This document shows, one piece after another, positions 1 through 8,722 of a DNA stretch of 51,716 nucleotides. Numbering within the stretch: the stretch's first letter is position 1; the number at the start of each line of letters is the position of its first letter. Below the pieces are notes generated by a model. It was not told the DNA's origin. It saw only the letters and a program-made list of their open reading frames with translations, and ran no database searches. The DNA comes from a bacterium (lineage in GTDB: Bacteria; Patescibacteriota; Dojkabacteria; SC72). Position numbers and translations under genes: made by a program. The stretch spans positions 1-51,716 of the forward strand of contig JAGDCC010000034.1 of the NCBI GenBank assembly GCA_017958745.1, in the 5' to 3' direction.

Positions 1-1437
1 TAGTGTATATTCTCCATTTCCTATCTTGTTTATACTTATTTTTTTAGTAATGTCTTCGTCATCTAACTTGAACATAATTGTGTCATCATCTATAGATGCA
101 TTTATACTAGGTATTATTGTTCCTTTTATCATAACTTTTTTATCTGCGAATGAATCTGTTTCCGATGGAGTCATATTTATGACCTGAGGTATTTTTAGGT
201 ATATGCTGTCGTCTGTATCTATCTTTTCTTTTTCTTTATCATCTTCTTTGCCCTTTTCTTGATTTTTGTTTCCCTCTTTTTCTGGAGTAAGTACAGGTGT
301 TTCTGGAACGTTTCCGTCCTTGTCTGCTATTATCACTTCTTGTGACAATGCCATTCCAACGCCTGCTGGATCTTGATTGTCTATTGCTCTGACAATTAGG
401 TTGTATGTTCCAGGTTCTAGTTTAGATGTATTGTATTCGTAGGTTGCACGACTAAACTGTATGTCTGTGTTAATTGGAATCCATTTTGATTCGTCAAATG
501 GGTATTTGGTTATGTAAAGTTCGTACTTTACTATCATGTTGAGGTCTGATGCTGTCCAAGAAACTGATAACATATCTCCAACAGTAAGTCTTGTTCCTTC
601 TGCTGGTGCTGTAATTTTTACATCTGGTGTATCGTTTGCATTTGGACTTACGTTTAATACCCATGTTTGTGTAGATAGGTGGTTACTGTATCCATCGTGT
701 GCAAGAACAGACACAAGGTAGCTTGCTGCCTTGTCTGGTTGTCCTTTAAAAATAATTTCTAAATTACCATCTGAACCATCTTTTATGACTGTTTGCTTAA
801 GCCAGTTTTCTCCTGGTGTGAAGTACACGAAGTAATTAATTCTGTCCTTATCTATGTCTTTTGCTTTAACTGTGTATGAGTATTCTGTTCCTGTTGAGAG
901 GTTTCTCGATGGGGTTGAGTCGTTAGGGTCTGTTGTGAATTCTGGTGCACTATTGTTTGATATCGCCTGTAGTCCTTGTACATCGTAAGGGCTACTGATT
1001 TTACAACCAAGTGATGTTCCGTCTGCTTTTTTAATCGCACCCAGTAGACTAATGATACCTGTCTTAGATGGGGTGTATATGAAACTAGATGATATTACAT
1101 TTGGAGAATCTCCATATGTTTGTGAAAAGATGCTTTCTCCAGTTGTATCTGCGATACTTAGAGATGTTATACCTCCTCCATCTTCTACCTCTGCATCTAC
1201 TAAAACTCTGATAGATTTCCCAACTTCTAGTGTGTATGGGTTAACATTAGGTAAAGATATCACACAAGGGTTCTCCTCTGAGACCTCTATTTCCTCAAAA
1301 GCATCTTCTCTAGTGTCAAAAGTTGTCTTTTGGTTTAGTAACTCGTAAACAATTAGTGGAATTGATAGCATTAGAAAAAAAGATGTCGCAATAACGAAGT
1401 TCTTATTTGATTTTCTTAGGGCGTAACTTTTTTCCAT
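1..1437 (-). CDS. Secreted/cell-surface protein, N-terminal 479 codons (C-terminus runs off the left edge); cadherin-like/He_PIG-type Ig repeats
   Basis: Absent from the ORF track because it is open-ended. I read the minus frame codon by codon from ATG 1437..1435 to position 1 and found no stop. N-terminus MEKSYALRKSNKNFVIATSFFLMLSIPLIVYELLNQKTTFDTREDA is a TM/signal segment plus the F-D-T-R-x-x-A leader shared with the ORFs at 41016 and 43972. The segment APEFTTDP...TGTEYSYTVKAKDIDKDRINYFVYFTPGENWL looks like a cadherin-like Ig repeat. Confidence 0.7.
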   Translation of the reverse strand, partial: MEKSYALRKSNKNFVIATSFFLMLSIPLIVYELLNQKTTFDTREDAFEEIEVSEENPCVISLPNVNPYTLEVGKSIRVLVDAEVEDGGGITSLSIADTTGESIFSQTYGDSPNVISSSFIYTPSKTGIISLLGAIKKADGTSLGCKISSPYDVQGLQAISNNSAPEFTTDPNDSTPSRNLSTGTEYSYTVKAKDIDKDRINYFVYFTPGENWLKQTVIKDGSDGNLEIIFKGQPDKAASYLVSVLAHDGYSNHLSTQTWVLNVSPNANDTPDVKITAPAEGTRLTVGDMLSVSWTASDLNMIVKYELYITKYPFDESKWIPINTDIQFSRATYEYNTSKLEPGTYNLIVRAIDNQDPAGVGMALSQEVIIADKDGNVPETPVLTPEKEGNKNQEKGKEDDKEKEKIDTDDSIYLKIPQVINMTPSETDSFADKKVMIKGTIIPSINASIDDDTIMFKLDDEDITKKISINKIGNGEYTL

Positions 1438-1458
1438 CTACATATAATATACCCGTTA

Positions 1459-2880
1459 TTAGTTGTATTCTGCAAGCACATCATTTATCCTTTTTTCTGC
1501 ATTGCTTAGTGCTGATGATGCATCATTTCCATCTATTACTGTCTCTATCATGTCAGAGAATATCTCTTTGACCTCATCGTCTGGACCTATCTGCCAAGAT
1601 TTCATGAGATTGGCAGATTTTGCAATTGCATCTACATATTTTTCTCCAACCATTAAACTATTTAATTCTACTCTGGAGTATGGTTCTCCAAATGTTCTTA
1701 TTTTAGATTGTGATGTATATAGAGCCTTTTCGTTTGCTGGTTCTGAAAGAAATTTAATAAATTTCCATGCTTCTTCTGGATGTTTACAGTTTTTACTTAC
1801 TGCTTCTCCCCAATATGTAGAGTAGTATACTTCTTTGTTGTTTGCTCTTAATTGTGGAAGAGGAGCTGTATCAAATTCTAATGCGGAGTTTGCCTCTATG
1901 ATATCGAATGTCATCCAACTCGGAGCTATTAACATCGCTAACTTTCCTGAGAAGAACATTTCTGTATCTAAACCTATGTCGTTTCTCCATACTGCATCCT
2001 CTCCTGTAGAAAACGATATGTATCTATCTAAAACTCTTTTACCTTTCTGTGTATTTAGTGTAACTTTGGTTCTTGTTTCATCTATGATATCCATACCCTC
2101 TTGCAACATGAAGAAGTAGAGTATTTCTTCAAAGAAGCGCATTGTGTCTTTGGTTCCGCCCATAGATAGTCCGGCTTGTATTATTTGTCCAGAATTATCC
2201 TTTTTAGTTAGTTTAGTAGCTAAATCAAAGAGGTCGTTCCAATCTGTTGGGAATTCGTCTGTGTATCCAATTTCTTTTAATAGTTTTTTGTTGTAGAAAA
2301 CGACAAGTCCATCTATCTCTAGTGGTATTGCGTATATTTTCCCGTCTGTATCTGTAAAGTCCTCTACAGCTGTTGGATAAAATTCTTTGGCGTATTCTGA
2401 TGATGTCATAATAGATGAAGGAAGCTCAGACAATAAGTATCTGTACTTTGGAAGCCATGTGTTGTGTATTCTAAATATATCTGGAGCAGGTTCATCACTC
2501 GACGTATAAGATTGAACGAGTCTTGTGTAGAGTGTCTTCTCGTAACCTGCTTCTTCTATTGTACTTCCATATCGCTGCCTAGAATATTTAATTTTTACTC
2601 CAGGATTTTCGCTTTCGTATTGTTCTATTAATTCTTCTAATGTCTCATTGTCTTCCCACAATCCCCAGTAAACTAATTCTATATTTCCACTAGATGGACT
2701 GGTGGTTTGTGTTGTATCTCCTCCAACTGGTGTTTTTGGTTTGCTAACAGTTTGTACTGGAGAATTACTTCTATCTGTAAGAATAATGACTCCTATTAGT
2801 AAAAGTAACAATGCTCCACCTCCAAGGATTACTAACTTCTTATTGTTTTGTACAAATTCTTTTAGCTTGTTTGCATCCAT
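1459..2880 (-). CDS. Extracellular solute-binding protein (ABC transporter family 1, sugar-type), membrane-anchored
   Basis: 473-aa ORF with an N-terminal TM helix (LVILGGGALLLLLIGVIIL). IELVYWGLWEDNETLEELIEQYESENPGVKIKY and the later AIPLEIDGLVVFYNKKLL are typical of SBP_bac_1 proteins. No permease or ATPase gene is adjacent. Confidence 0.8.
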   Translation of the reverse strand: MDANKLKEFVQNNKKLVILGGGALLLLLIGVIILTDRSNSPVQTVSKPKTPVGGDTTQTTSPSSGNIELVYWGLWEDNETLEELIEQYESENPGVKIKYSRQRYGSTIEEAGYEKTLYTRLVQSYTSSDEPAPDIFRIHNTWLPKYRYLLSELPSSIMTSSEYAKEFYPTAVEDFTDTDGKIYAIPLEIDGLVVFYNKKLLKEIGYTDEFPTDWNDLFDLATKLTKKDNSGQIIQAGLSMGGTKDTMRFFEEILYFFMLQEGMDIIDETRTKVTLNTQKGKRVLDRYISFSTGEDAVWRNDIGLDTEMFFSGKLAMLIAPSWMTFDIIEANSALEFDTAPLPQLRANNKEVYYSTYWGEAVSKNCKHPEEAWKFIKFLSEPANEKALYTSQSKIRTFGEPYSRVELNSLMVGEKYVDAIAKSANLMKSWQIGPDDEVKEIFSDMIETVIDGNDASSALSNAEKRINDVLAEYN

Positions 2881-2913
2881 ATATTTACATTCCTTACATA
2901 TTATATTCTTATT

Positions 2914-3693
2914 TTAGCTTTTTCTTTCTGCGTAAACAACCAACCTTTTTGTTCCTATACCGAGAGGCCAGCAGGTCATCATTGTTATACTTTCTTTATT
3001 TGCATTTTGGTCTAATACAGAAAAATCATCTGCTTCTACGATTTTCTTTGTTCTCACTACATACTTTAGTGTAGAACCATCTTTTTCTATCTCTACGATA
3101 TCTCCTATTTCTATATTGCTTAATTTGGAAAATATTGTTTCTGGATAATTTTTGTGGGAGGAGAAGAAAGACTCTACTGCGCTATGCCCATATAAGAATG
3201 AGTTTCCTCCATCTCCTGGTATTGGTGTTCCCTTAAAGTGAGCAATTCCTTTCTTTAGATAGCTGTTGTAGACGTCTGCATTGGTACTTTCTACATTTGG
3301 AGTTATTAATATGTGATTTATTTCTATAGAAGATATTGTTATGTACATTGGCTTACTGTAACTTGTGTCTATTACGTAGTGTTTTGCACTTCCTTTTGAG
3401 GAAGATGAGGCGCCTAATACTAGCTCATGTGCAAGGTTCTCGAAGTAATTTTTACCTGGGTCGTAGAATGCAAACTCATTTTCTATGTATGTTTTGTATT
3501 CCTCTGATACCGGATTTACCTTTACATCTTCTCTTGTTTGTGTGATTACCCCATCTATATATGATTTAAGTAGTGGTATAGATTGGCTTGCAATTATTAT
3601 TAGTCCAGAAACAGCAAGTACAACGGATATTATTGTTTTGGTTCTTTTAAGCTTTGTTTCGTTTTCTATCTGGATATTCCACTTACTTTTCAT
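2914..3693 (-). CDS. Sortase-family transpeptidase
   Basis: N-terminal TM anchor, catalytic His context SFLYGHS, catalytic Cys context ITMMTCWP (TLxTC-type) and a downstream Arg (KRLVVYAER). Confidence 0.8.
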   Translation of the reverse strand: MKSKWNIQIENETKLKRTKTIISVVLAVSGLIIIASQSIPLLKSYIDGVITQTREDVKVNPVSEEYKTYIENEFAFYDPGKNYFENLAHELVLGASSSSKGSAKHYVIDTSYSKPMYITISSIEINHILITPNVESTNADVYNSYLKKGIAHFKGTPIPGDGGNSFLYGHSAVESFFSSHKNYPETIFSKLSNIEIGDIVEIEKDGSTLKYVVRTKKIVEADDFSVLDQNANKESITMMTCWPLGIGTKRLVVYAERKS

Positions 3694-3779
3694 AGTGTTC
3701 TATATTAGCAAATTAATCGACTGGTTGGAAGTTTGTCTTTTTCTGTTTTAATGAATTTGTAATAATTGAAAATTATACA

Positions 3780-3806
3780 CTAGCAATATCTGATACTATC
3801 TGCTAG
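3780..3806 (+). promoter_or_regulatory. Degenerate CIRCE-like inverted repeat (9-N9-9) overlapping the dnaJ -10 element
   Basis: CTAGCAATA-TCTGATACT-ATCTGCTAG. The outer arms CTAGCA/TGCTAG are perfectly complementary and match the TAGCA/TGCTA cores of the HrcA operator consensus TTAGCACTC-N9-GAGTGCTAA with identical geometry. The inner 3 nt do not pair. Confidence 0.3.
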
Positions 3807-3809
3807 AAT
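3801..3809 (+). promoter_or_regulatory. Extended -10 promoter element (TGCTAGAAT) for dnaJ
   Basis: A TGn + TAGAAT element ends 9 nt before the dnaJ ATG, and there is no SD in between. Confidence 0.4.
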
Positions 3810-3818
3810 GATAAAATT

Positions 3819-4919
3819 ATGGAAAAGCGTGATTATTATGAAGTCTTAGGTGTTGATAAAAAAGCATCTAATGATGAGATAAAAAAATCATATAGAAAAT
3901 TGGTTAAGAAGTATCATCCTGATGTTAATAAGGATCCTGATGCCGTAAAGAAGTTTGAAGAAGTACAGGAGGCTTATGAAGTATTGTCAGATGAAACTAA
4001 GAGAAAGAATTATGACAATTATGGCTTCGCAGGTAGCTCTGGCTTTAGTGGCAATAGTGGTAATTCTGCAGGTGGTTATAGCTCTTATGGCAATTGGGGA
4101 AATTTCTCAGGAGATCCTTTTGATATGGGAGATATTATGGGTGATTTGGGAGAAATGTTTGGCTTTAGAGCAAGAAGAAGTGGTGGAGTAAATAATAATG
4201 GTAGTGATATTAAATATAGTGTAGATCTCTCTTTTGATGAGGCTATGAAAGGTGGTAAATACAAGATTAATGTTATGAAGGATGTTCCTTGTGATAAGTG
4301 CCATGGTACAGGTAGTAAGAGTGGAGATAAAACAGAGTGTCCAATGTGTCATGGGAGTGGTCAGACAAGACAGGTGAGAAATACGATTTTTGGACAGATG
4401 GCAACTGTAACTGTTTGTCCGAATTGTCATGGAACAGGGAAGATATTAAAGGATCCTTGTGGTGATTGTGATGGTAGTGGTGTAAGACAAAAAGAGAAAA
4501 CTATAACTATTGAAATTCCTGCGGGTGCATACGATGGCATGACTTTAAGATTTAGAAATGGTGGAAATGCAGGCAAAAATGGTGGTGCAGTAGGTGATTT
4601 GTATGTCGTTGTAAATGTTGAGGCTTCTAATGATTTTGAACGTCGTGGCAATGATATATATGCAGAAGTGGATATTCCTGCATATACAGCTGTACTTGGT
4701 GGTGTTGCAACTGTCAGTGGTCTTTTTGACAAAATTAAACTAAAAATACCAAGAGGAACCCAATCTGGAACAGTATTTAGATTAAAAGGAGATGGTTGTC
4801 CTATTGTAAACTCTAAAAGTCGTGGAGATGAGTATGTGAAAGTTAATGTAAAAATTCCAACAAAACTTAGTAGAACTGAGAAAAAGCTTTGGGAACAGAT
4901 GAAAAAGGAGGATGAGTAA
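3819..4919 (+). CDS. dnaJ: Molecular chaperone DnaJ
   Basis: J-domain DYYEVLGV...[18 protein letters not shown], a G/F-rich linker, and four CxxCxGxG zinc-finger motifs ([32 protein letters not shown]). Confidence 0.97.
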   Translation: MEKRDYYEVLGVDKKASNDEIKKSYRKLVKKYHPDVNKDPDAVKKFEEVQEAYEVLSDETKRKNYDNYGFAGSSGFSGNSGNSAGGYSSYGNWGNFSGDPFDMGDIMGDLGEMFGFRARRSGGVNNNGSDIKYSVDLSFDEAMKGGKYKINVMKDVPCDKCHGTGSKSGDKTECPMCHGSGQTRQVRNTIFGQMATVTVCPNCHGTGKILKDPCGDCDGSGVRQKEKTITIEIPAGAYDGMTLRFRNGGNAGKNGGAVGDLYVVVNVEASNDFERRGNDIYAEVDIPAYTAVLGGVATVSGLFDKIKLKIPRGTQSGTVFRLKGDGCPIVNSKSRGDEYVKVNVKIPTKLSRTEKKLWEQMKKEDE

Positions 4920-4991
4920 TTCCTAGATTTTTCTTTGCATAATTCTGGGTATCTGTGGTATACTTTATATGGAAAGTTATACATAGAAGAT

Positions 4992-5016
4992 GGTGGGATT
5001 GATTCTCACCTTTTTT
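4992..5016 (+). terminator. Rho-independent terminator after dnaJ
   Basis: Stem GGTGGGA / TCTCACC (one G-U pair), loop TTGAT, followed by TTTTTT. Confidence 0.6.
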
Positions 5017-5057
5017 ATTATAAGTGGATATAATTTAATATATAAAAATATAAATAT

Positions 5058-6296
5058 ATGGCATTAACATCAGATTTTATTGTAGCTATTAATCAGATAG
5101 CTGGTGAAAGAGGAATAGATAAAGAGGAGATTTTTAAGGCATTGGAGGAGTCTATTCTTGTTGCCTATAAGAGAGAAATCTTTGGTACAAGGGACGATAG
5201 AAAATTGGGTGATGAACCAGGAGATGAGAAGCTTGGAGATAACTACTCTGTAGAGTTAAATAGAGAGACTGGTACATTTAAATTTATTGCAACAAAAGAG
5301 GTTGTCGATAAAGTAGAAAATGAGAATACACAAATCTCTATTAGCGAAGCAGAATTAATCTCTCCTAATGTAGAGGTTGGAGATTCCATACAGATAGAAA
5401 TGCCATCTGCAGATTTTGGAAGAATTTCTGCACAGGTTGCAAAGCAGGTTGTTTTACAGAAGATTAGAGAAGCAGAGAAGAAGTCCATTACAGATGAATA
5501 TAGCGATAAAGTTGGTGAGATATTTACTGCACTTATGCAAAGAATGCAGAAGACAGATGCTATTTTTGAAATAGGAAAGGCAACTGCAACTATGCCACAA
5601 GAAGAGCAAGTAAGTAACGAATTTTATAGATTAGGAGAAAGATACAAAGTTTTGTTGAAGGAGATTAATGACTCAGAAATGATTATTTCTAGAGCAGATC
5701 CAGATTTCTTGGTTGCATTATTCAAATTGGAAGTTCCAGAGATAGAATCTGGTGCACTGGAAGTTAAGGCTGTTGCAAGAGAAGCAGGTTCTAGAAGTAA
5801 GATGGCAGTTGTTTCTAACCAAGATGGTGTAGATCCAATTGGTTCTTGTGTTGGACAAAGAGGAATAAGAATTGCTAATGTAATGAATGAGCTTGGAGAT
5901 GAGAAGATAGATATTATAGAATGGAGTGAGAATCCAGAGAAGTTTGTAGAAAATGCATTGAGTCCAGCTAAGATAGAGTCTGTTGTTATAGAAGGAGATA
6001 AAGCAACAGTAACTGTCTCTGATGACCAGTTATCTTTAGCAATTGGAAAGGAAGGTCAGAATGTAAGACTTGCATGTAAACTTACTGGTTATAAAATAGA
6101 TATCCTTGGAGATGGTACATCTTCTAGTAAGGAAGGTGATGCAGAGGAGGCAAGTGATGAGAAGGAAACAGAAGCAGATAATACTGTAGAGGAAGTTAAA
6201 GAAGAAGAAAAAGCAGAGGAAACTAGAGAAGAAGAGGTAAAGGAAGAGGAGAAGGAAGAAGTTAAAGAGGAAGAGAGTACTGAAGATAAAGAATAA
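5058..6296 (+). CDS. nusA: Transcription termination/antitermination factor NusA with an acidic Glu/Lys-rich C-terminal tail
   Basis: NusA N-domain (IVAINQIAGERGIDKEEIFKALEESILVAYKRE), an S1 domain and KH domains (DPIGSCVGQRGIRIANVMNELGDEKIDIIEW, LSLAIGKEGQNVRLACKLTGYKIDI). The tail is EEVKEEEKAEETREEEVKEEEKEE. Confidence 0.95.
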   Translation: MALTSDFIVAINQIAGERGIDKEEIFKALEESILVAYKREIFGTRDDRKLGDEPGDEKLGDNYSVELNRETGTFKFIATKEVVDKVENENTQISISEAELISPNVEVGDSIQIEMPSADFGRISAQVAKQVVLQKIREAEKKSITDEYSDKVGEIFTALMQRMQKTDAIFEIGKATATMPQEEQVSNEFYRLGERYKVLLKEINDSEMIISRADPDFLVALFKLEVPEIESGALEVKAVAREAGSRSKMAVVSNQDGVDPIGSCVGQRGIRIANVMNELGDEKIDIIEWSENPEKFVENALSPAKIESVVIEGDKATVTVSDDQLSLAIGKEGQNVRLACKLTGYKIDILGDGTSSSKEGDAEEASDEKETEADNTVEEVKEEEKAEETREEEVKEEEKEEVKEEESTEDKE

Positions 6297-6319
6297 TTAT
6301 TTAATAACTATTTGTATTA

Positions 6320-7879
6320 ATGTCAAAGAAAAAAGTAAATACAAATAAAGACACGAAGAATACACAGGAAAGAGTTCCTATTGTTACTATTCTTGGACAT
6401 GTAGATCACGGTAAGACTACAATTTTGGACAAGATTAGAGAAAGTAACGTACAGGTAGGAGAGGCTGGTGGTATTACACAAAAAGTGTCTGTATTTACTG
6501 TTTTGCCAAAGGACAAGGATAAGAAGATTACATTTATAGATACGCCAGGGCACGAGACTTTTGATCTTATGCGTGTTAGAGGTGGAAATATTGCAGATAT
6601 TGTACTTTTAATCGTTGCAGCAGACGATGGTGTTAAACCACAAACAAAAGAATCTATAGATATAATCAACAACTCAGATGCAAAGCCTATTGTTGTTATA
6701 AATAAGTGCGATTTGCCCAATATTAATACAGACAAAATTAAGAGAGAGGTTGTAAATAATGGTTTACAGTTAGAAGGATATGGTGGAAATATTCCTGTTG
6801 TAGAGGTATCTGGGAAAACAGGGCAAGGAGTTTATGATTTATTAAATATGATTTTACTTCTTGCAGAAGTAGAAGGATTAAGAGAAGAACAAGAATTACC
6901 AGAAGGAGTCAATGGAGACGTGTTTGTATTAGAATCTGTAAAAGATAAGTTTAAGGGAAATGTTTCTTCTGTTGTCTTAACAAATGGATCTCTTTCTAAA
7001 GGAGATTGGTTTGGATATAGGAATGGAAGTGATTCTTACCACATAGAAAGAGTCAAAGGAATAATCAGCGAAGAAGGAAAACCATTAGATACATTAGAAT
7101 GTGGATGTGGTGGAAAAATTATTGGTTTATCTAATCTCTTGGATTTGGGAACACAAGGATTTGCATTAGAGAATAATGACACCAAACTTCTAAAAACCTT
7201 GTACAAAGAGGCTGATGATATTGTTGCTAACGAGGATATGGATTTTGATGACTTCTTTGCAGTAGAAGATAATAAAGATGATAAAAATCAGCTAAATGTA
7301 ATTGTGAAAAGCTCTTCAGAAGGTTCTCTAGAAGCATTAGTTAATTCTTTATCTAAGTTAGAAGACGATGGTTATACTGTAAATATAGTTTCTTCTGGAG
7401 TGGGTGCAGTAACATTACAAGATGTAGAGTTTGCAAAAATTTCTAAAGCACTTATTCTTGGCTTTGAAGTTACAGTAGATAAGAATATCCAAGATTTAGC
7501 AAAGAAGAATAGAGTATTAATAAAAACATATGACATTATCTATAAATTAATAGAGGAAGTTAGTGAGGCATTGTCTATGATGTCTGTACCACAAGATTTA
7601 GAAGAAGAAATTGGTAATGCGCAGGTAAGAGCAATTTTTACACTCTCTGATGGTTCTGTGGTTTTAGGTTGCAAAGTAGCAGAGGGAATATTAAAGAAGG
7701 ATTGCAAAGTATACATTGTACGTAATGATGAAATGCTTGGAGAATCTAAGATAAAGAGTATTCGTATCAATAAGGATTCTGTCACAGAAGTTAAATCTGG
7801 TTTTGAATGTGGAGTCCAATTAATGAGTAAGATAGATGTAAGAGAAGGGGATTATATTTATTGTTATAAGAAAGTCTAA
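6320..7879 (+). CDS. infB: Translation initiation factor IF-2 (short form, G-domain starts about 20 aa from the N-terminus)
   Basis: RVPIVTILGHVDHGKTTILDKIR, DTPGHETF and NKCD GTPase motifs; located downstream of nusA as in the conserved operon. Confidence 0.95.
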   Translation: MSKKKVNTNKDTKNTQERVPIVTILGHVDHGKTTILDKIRESNVQVGEAGGITQKVSVFTVLPKDKDKKITFIDTPGHETFDLMRVRGGNIADIVLLIVAADDGVKPQTKESIDIINNSDAKPIVVINKCDLPNINTDKIKREVVNNGLQLEGYGGNIPVVEVSGKTGQGVYDLLNMILLLAEVEGLREEQELPEGVNGDVFVLESVKDKFKGNVSSVVLTNGSLSKGDWFGYRNGSDSYHIERVKGIISEEGKPLDTLECGCGGKIIGLSNLLDLGTQGFALENNDTKLLKTLYKEADDIVANEDMDFDDFFAVEDNKDDKNQLNVIVKSSSEGSLEALVNSLSKLEDDGYTVNIVSSGVGAVTLQDVEFAKISKALILGFEVTVDKNIQDLAKKNRVLIKTYDIIYKLIEEVSEALSMMSVPQDLEEEIGNAQVRAIFTLSDGSVVLGCKVAEGILKKDCKVYIVRNDEMLGESKIKSIRINKDSVTEVKSGFECGVQLMSKIDVREGDYIYCYKKV

Positions 7880-8658
7880 TCATTTCTCTTGTAGTATTTG
7901 TTATTAATATTATTGTAATAAGGTCTTCCTCTAAATAGACAAAAAGCATCTAGTTCTAATTCTCTATCTGGATATGTATCCCTAATACATCTAGAAATCT
8001 CTTCTAAAGTACTACCAGTCGTAATAACATCGTCTACAACAATTATCTTTTTGTAACCAGAAATATAAAAATCCTCGTTAATAACAAATCTCCTATTTTT
8101 AGTAAGCTCCAATCTATCTGCTTTATCCAGTAATGCATTGTGTCTGTCTGTATTATCTATATTAACGATAAAATCATCTGTATAAATAGCATCTAAATAT
8201 TTAGCAACAATCTCTGCAATACATTTCGTTTGGTTAAAACCTCTCTGTGTAAGCCTTTTCTTAGAAATAGGAACAGAAATAACAAGAATCTCTTTAGACT
8301 CTCTAACATCTTTTTGCACATAAAGAAAATCTTTAATAACAGTACCAATTAAATAATTAAACATAGATGAAATATCATATTCTCCCTTAAACTTGTATCT
8401 CTTCAAAAATGGAGACGAAAGCTTATTATATTGCCATCCAACGAAAACAGAATTATAAGAATAACAATCTCTACAATGATTATGAGTGAGATAATGCTTA
8501 CTAATTCTTCTACATTTGTAACATTCTGGAAGATTTCTCCATAAAAGCTTCTGACATAAATTACACAAATAAGAACCATATCTACTACAGATACAACAAC
8601 TTTTTGGAAAGAAAAAGTCTAGGATACTAATCATATAGGGAAGATTATATCTATCCAA
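7876..8658 (-). CDS. comF: ComF-family protein (phosphoribosyltransferase domain with N-terminal Cys-rich zinc finger)
   Basis: N-terminal CCICSRYGSYLCNLC...CYKCRR and the PRTase motif IIVVDDVITTGSTLEE. An alternative start is M9 (MISILDFFFPKSC). Confidence 0.8.
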   Translation of the reverse strand: MDRYNLPYMISILDFFFPKSCCICSRYGSYLCNLCQKLLWRNLPECYKCRRISKHYLTHNHCRDCYSYNSVFVGWQYNKLSSPFLKRYKFKGEYDISSMFNYLIGTVIKDFLYVQKDVRESKEILVISVPISKKRLTQRGFNQTKCIAEIVAKYLDAIYTDDFIVNIDNTDRHNALLDKADRLELTKNRRFVINEDFYISGYKKIIVVDDVITTGSTLEEISRCIRDTYPDRELELDAFCLFRGRPYYNNINNKYYKRND

Positions 8659-8722
8659 AATGAACGATTTATGAATTTTATATTTTTATTTACTAAAACC
8701 ATAAAATATCCTAAACTGTATA

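Noticed and set aside
2914-3693. Looked for LPxTG-type sortase substrates among the complete ORFs in the window (CAP protein, giant adhesin, LRR protein, Big_2 protein, cohesin-like protein).
   Set aside because: None ends with LPxTG, a hydrophobic segment and a basic tail. The cohesin-like protein has the TM helix and RKKRH tail but no recognisable motif before it. Substrates may lie elsewhere, for example in the truncated ORF at 1..1437.
4427-4984. Long antisense or alternative-frame track ORFs. Examples are 4427..4984(-), 9002..9580(-), 17855..18364(-), 19107..19610(+), 38642..39016(-), 39194..39517(-), 39587..39859(-), 46378..46764(-), 49992..50303(-), and the + strand ORFs at 536..721 and 1052..1348.
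   Set aside because: Each lies entirely within a much longer ORF with clear homology-type motifs on the other strand or frame. They have low-complexity or odd composition (Cys/Leu/Ser-rich shadows of repeats and acidic tracts) and lack independent start signals.
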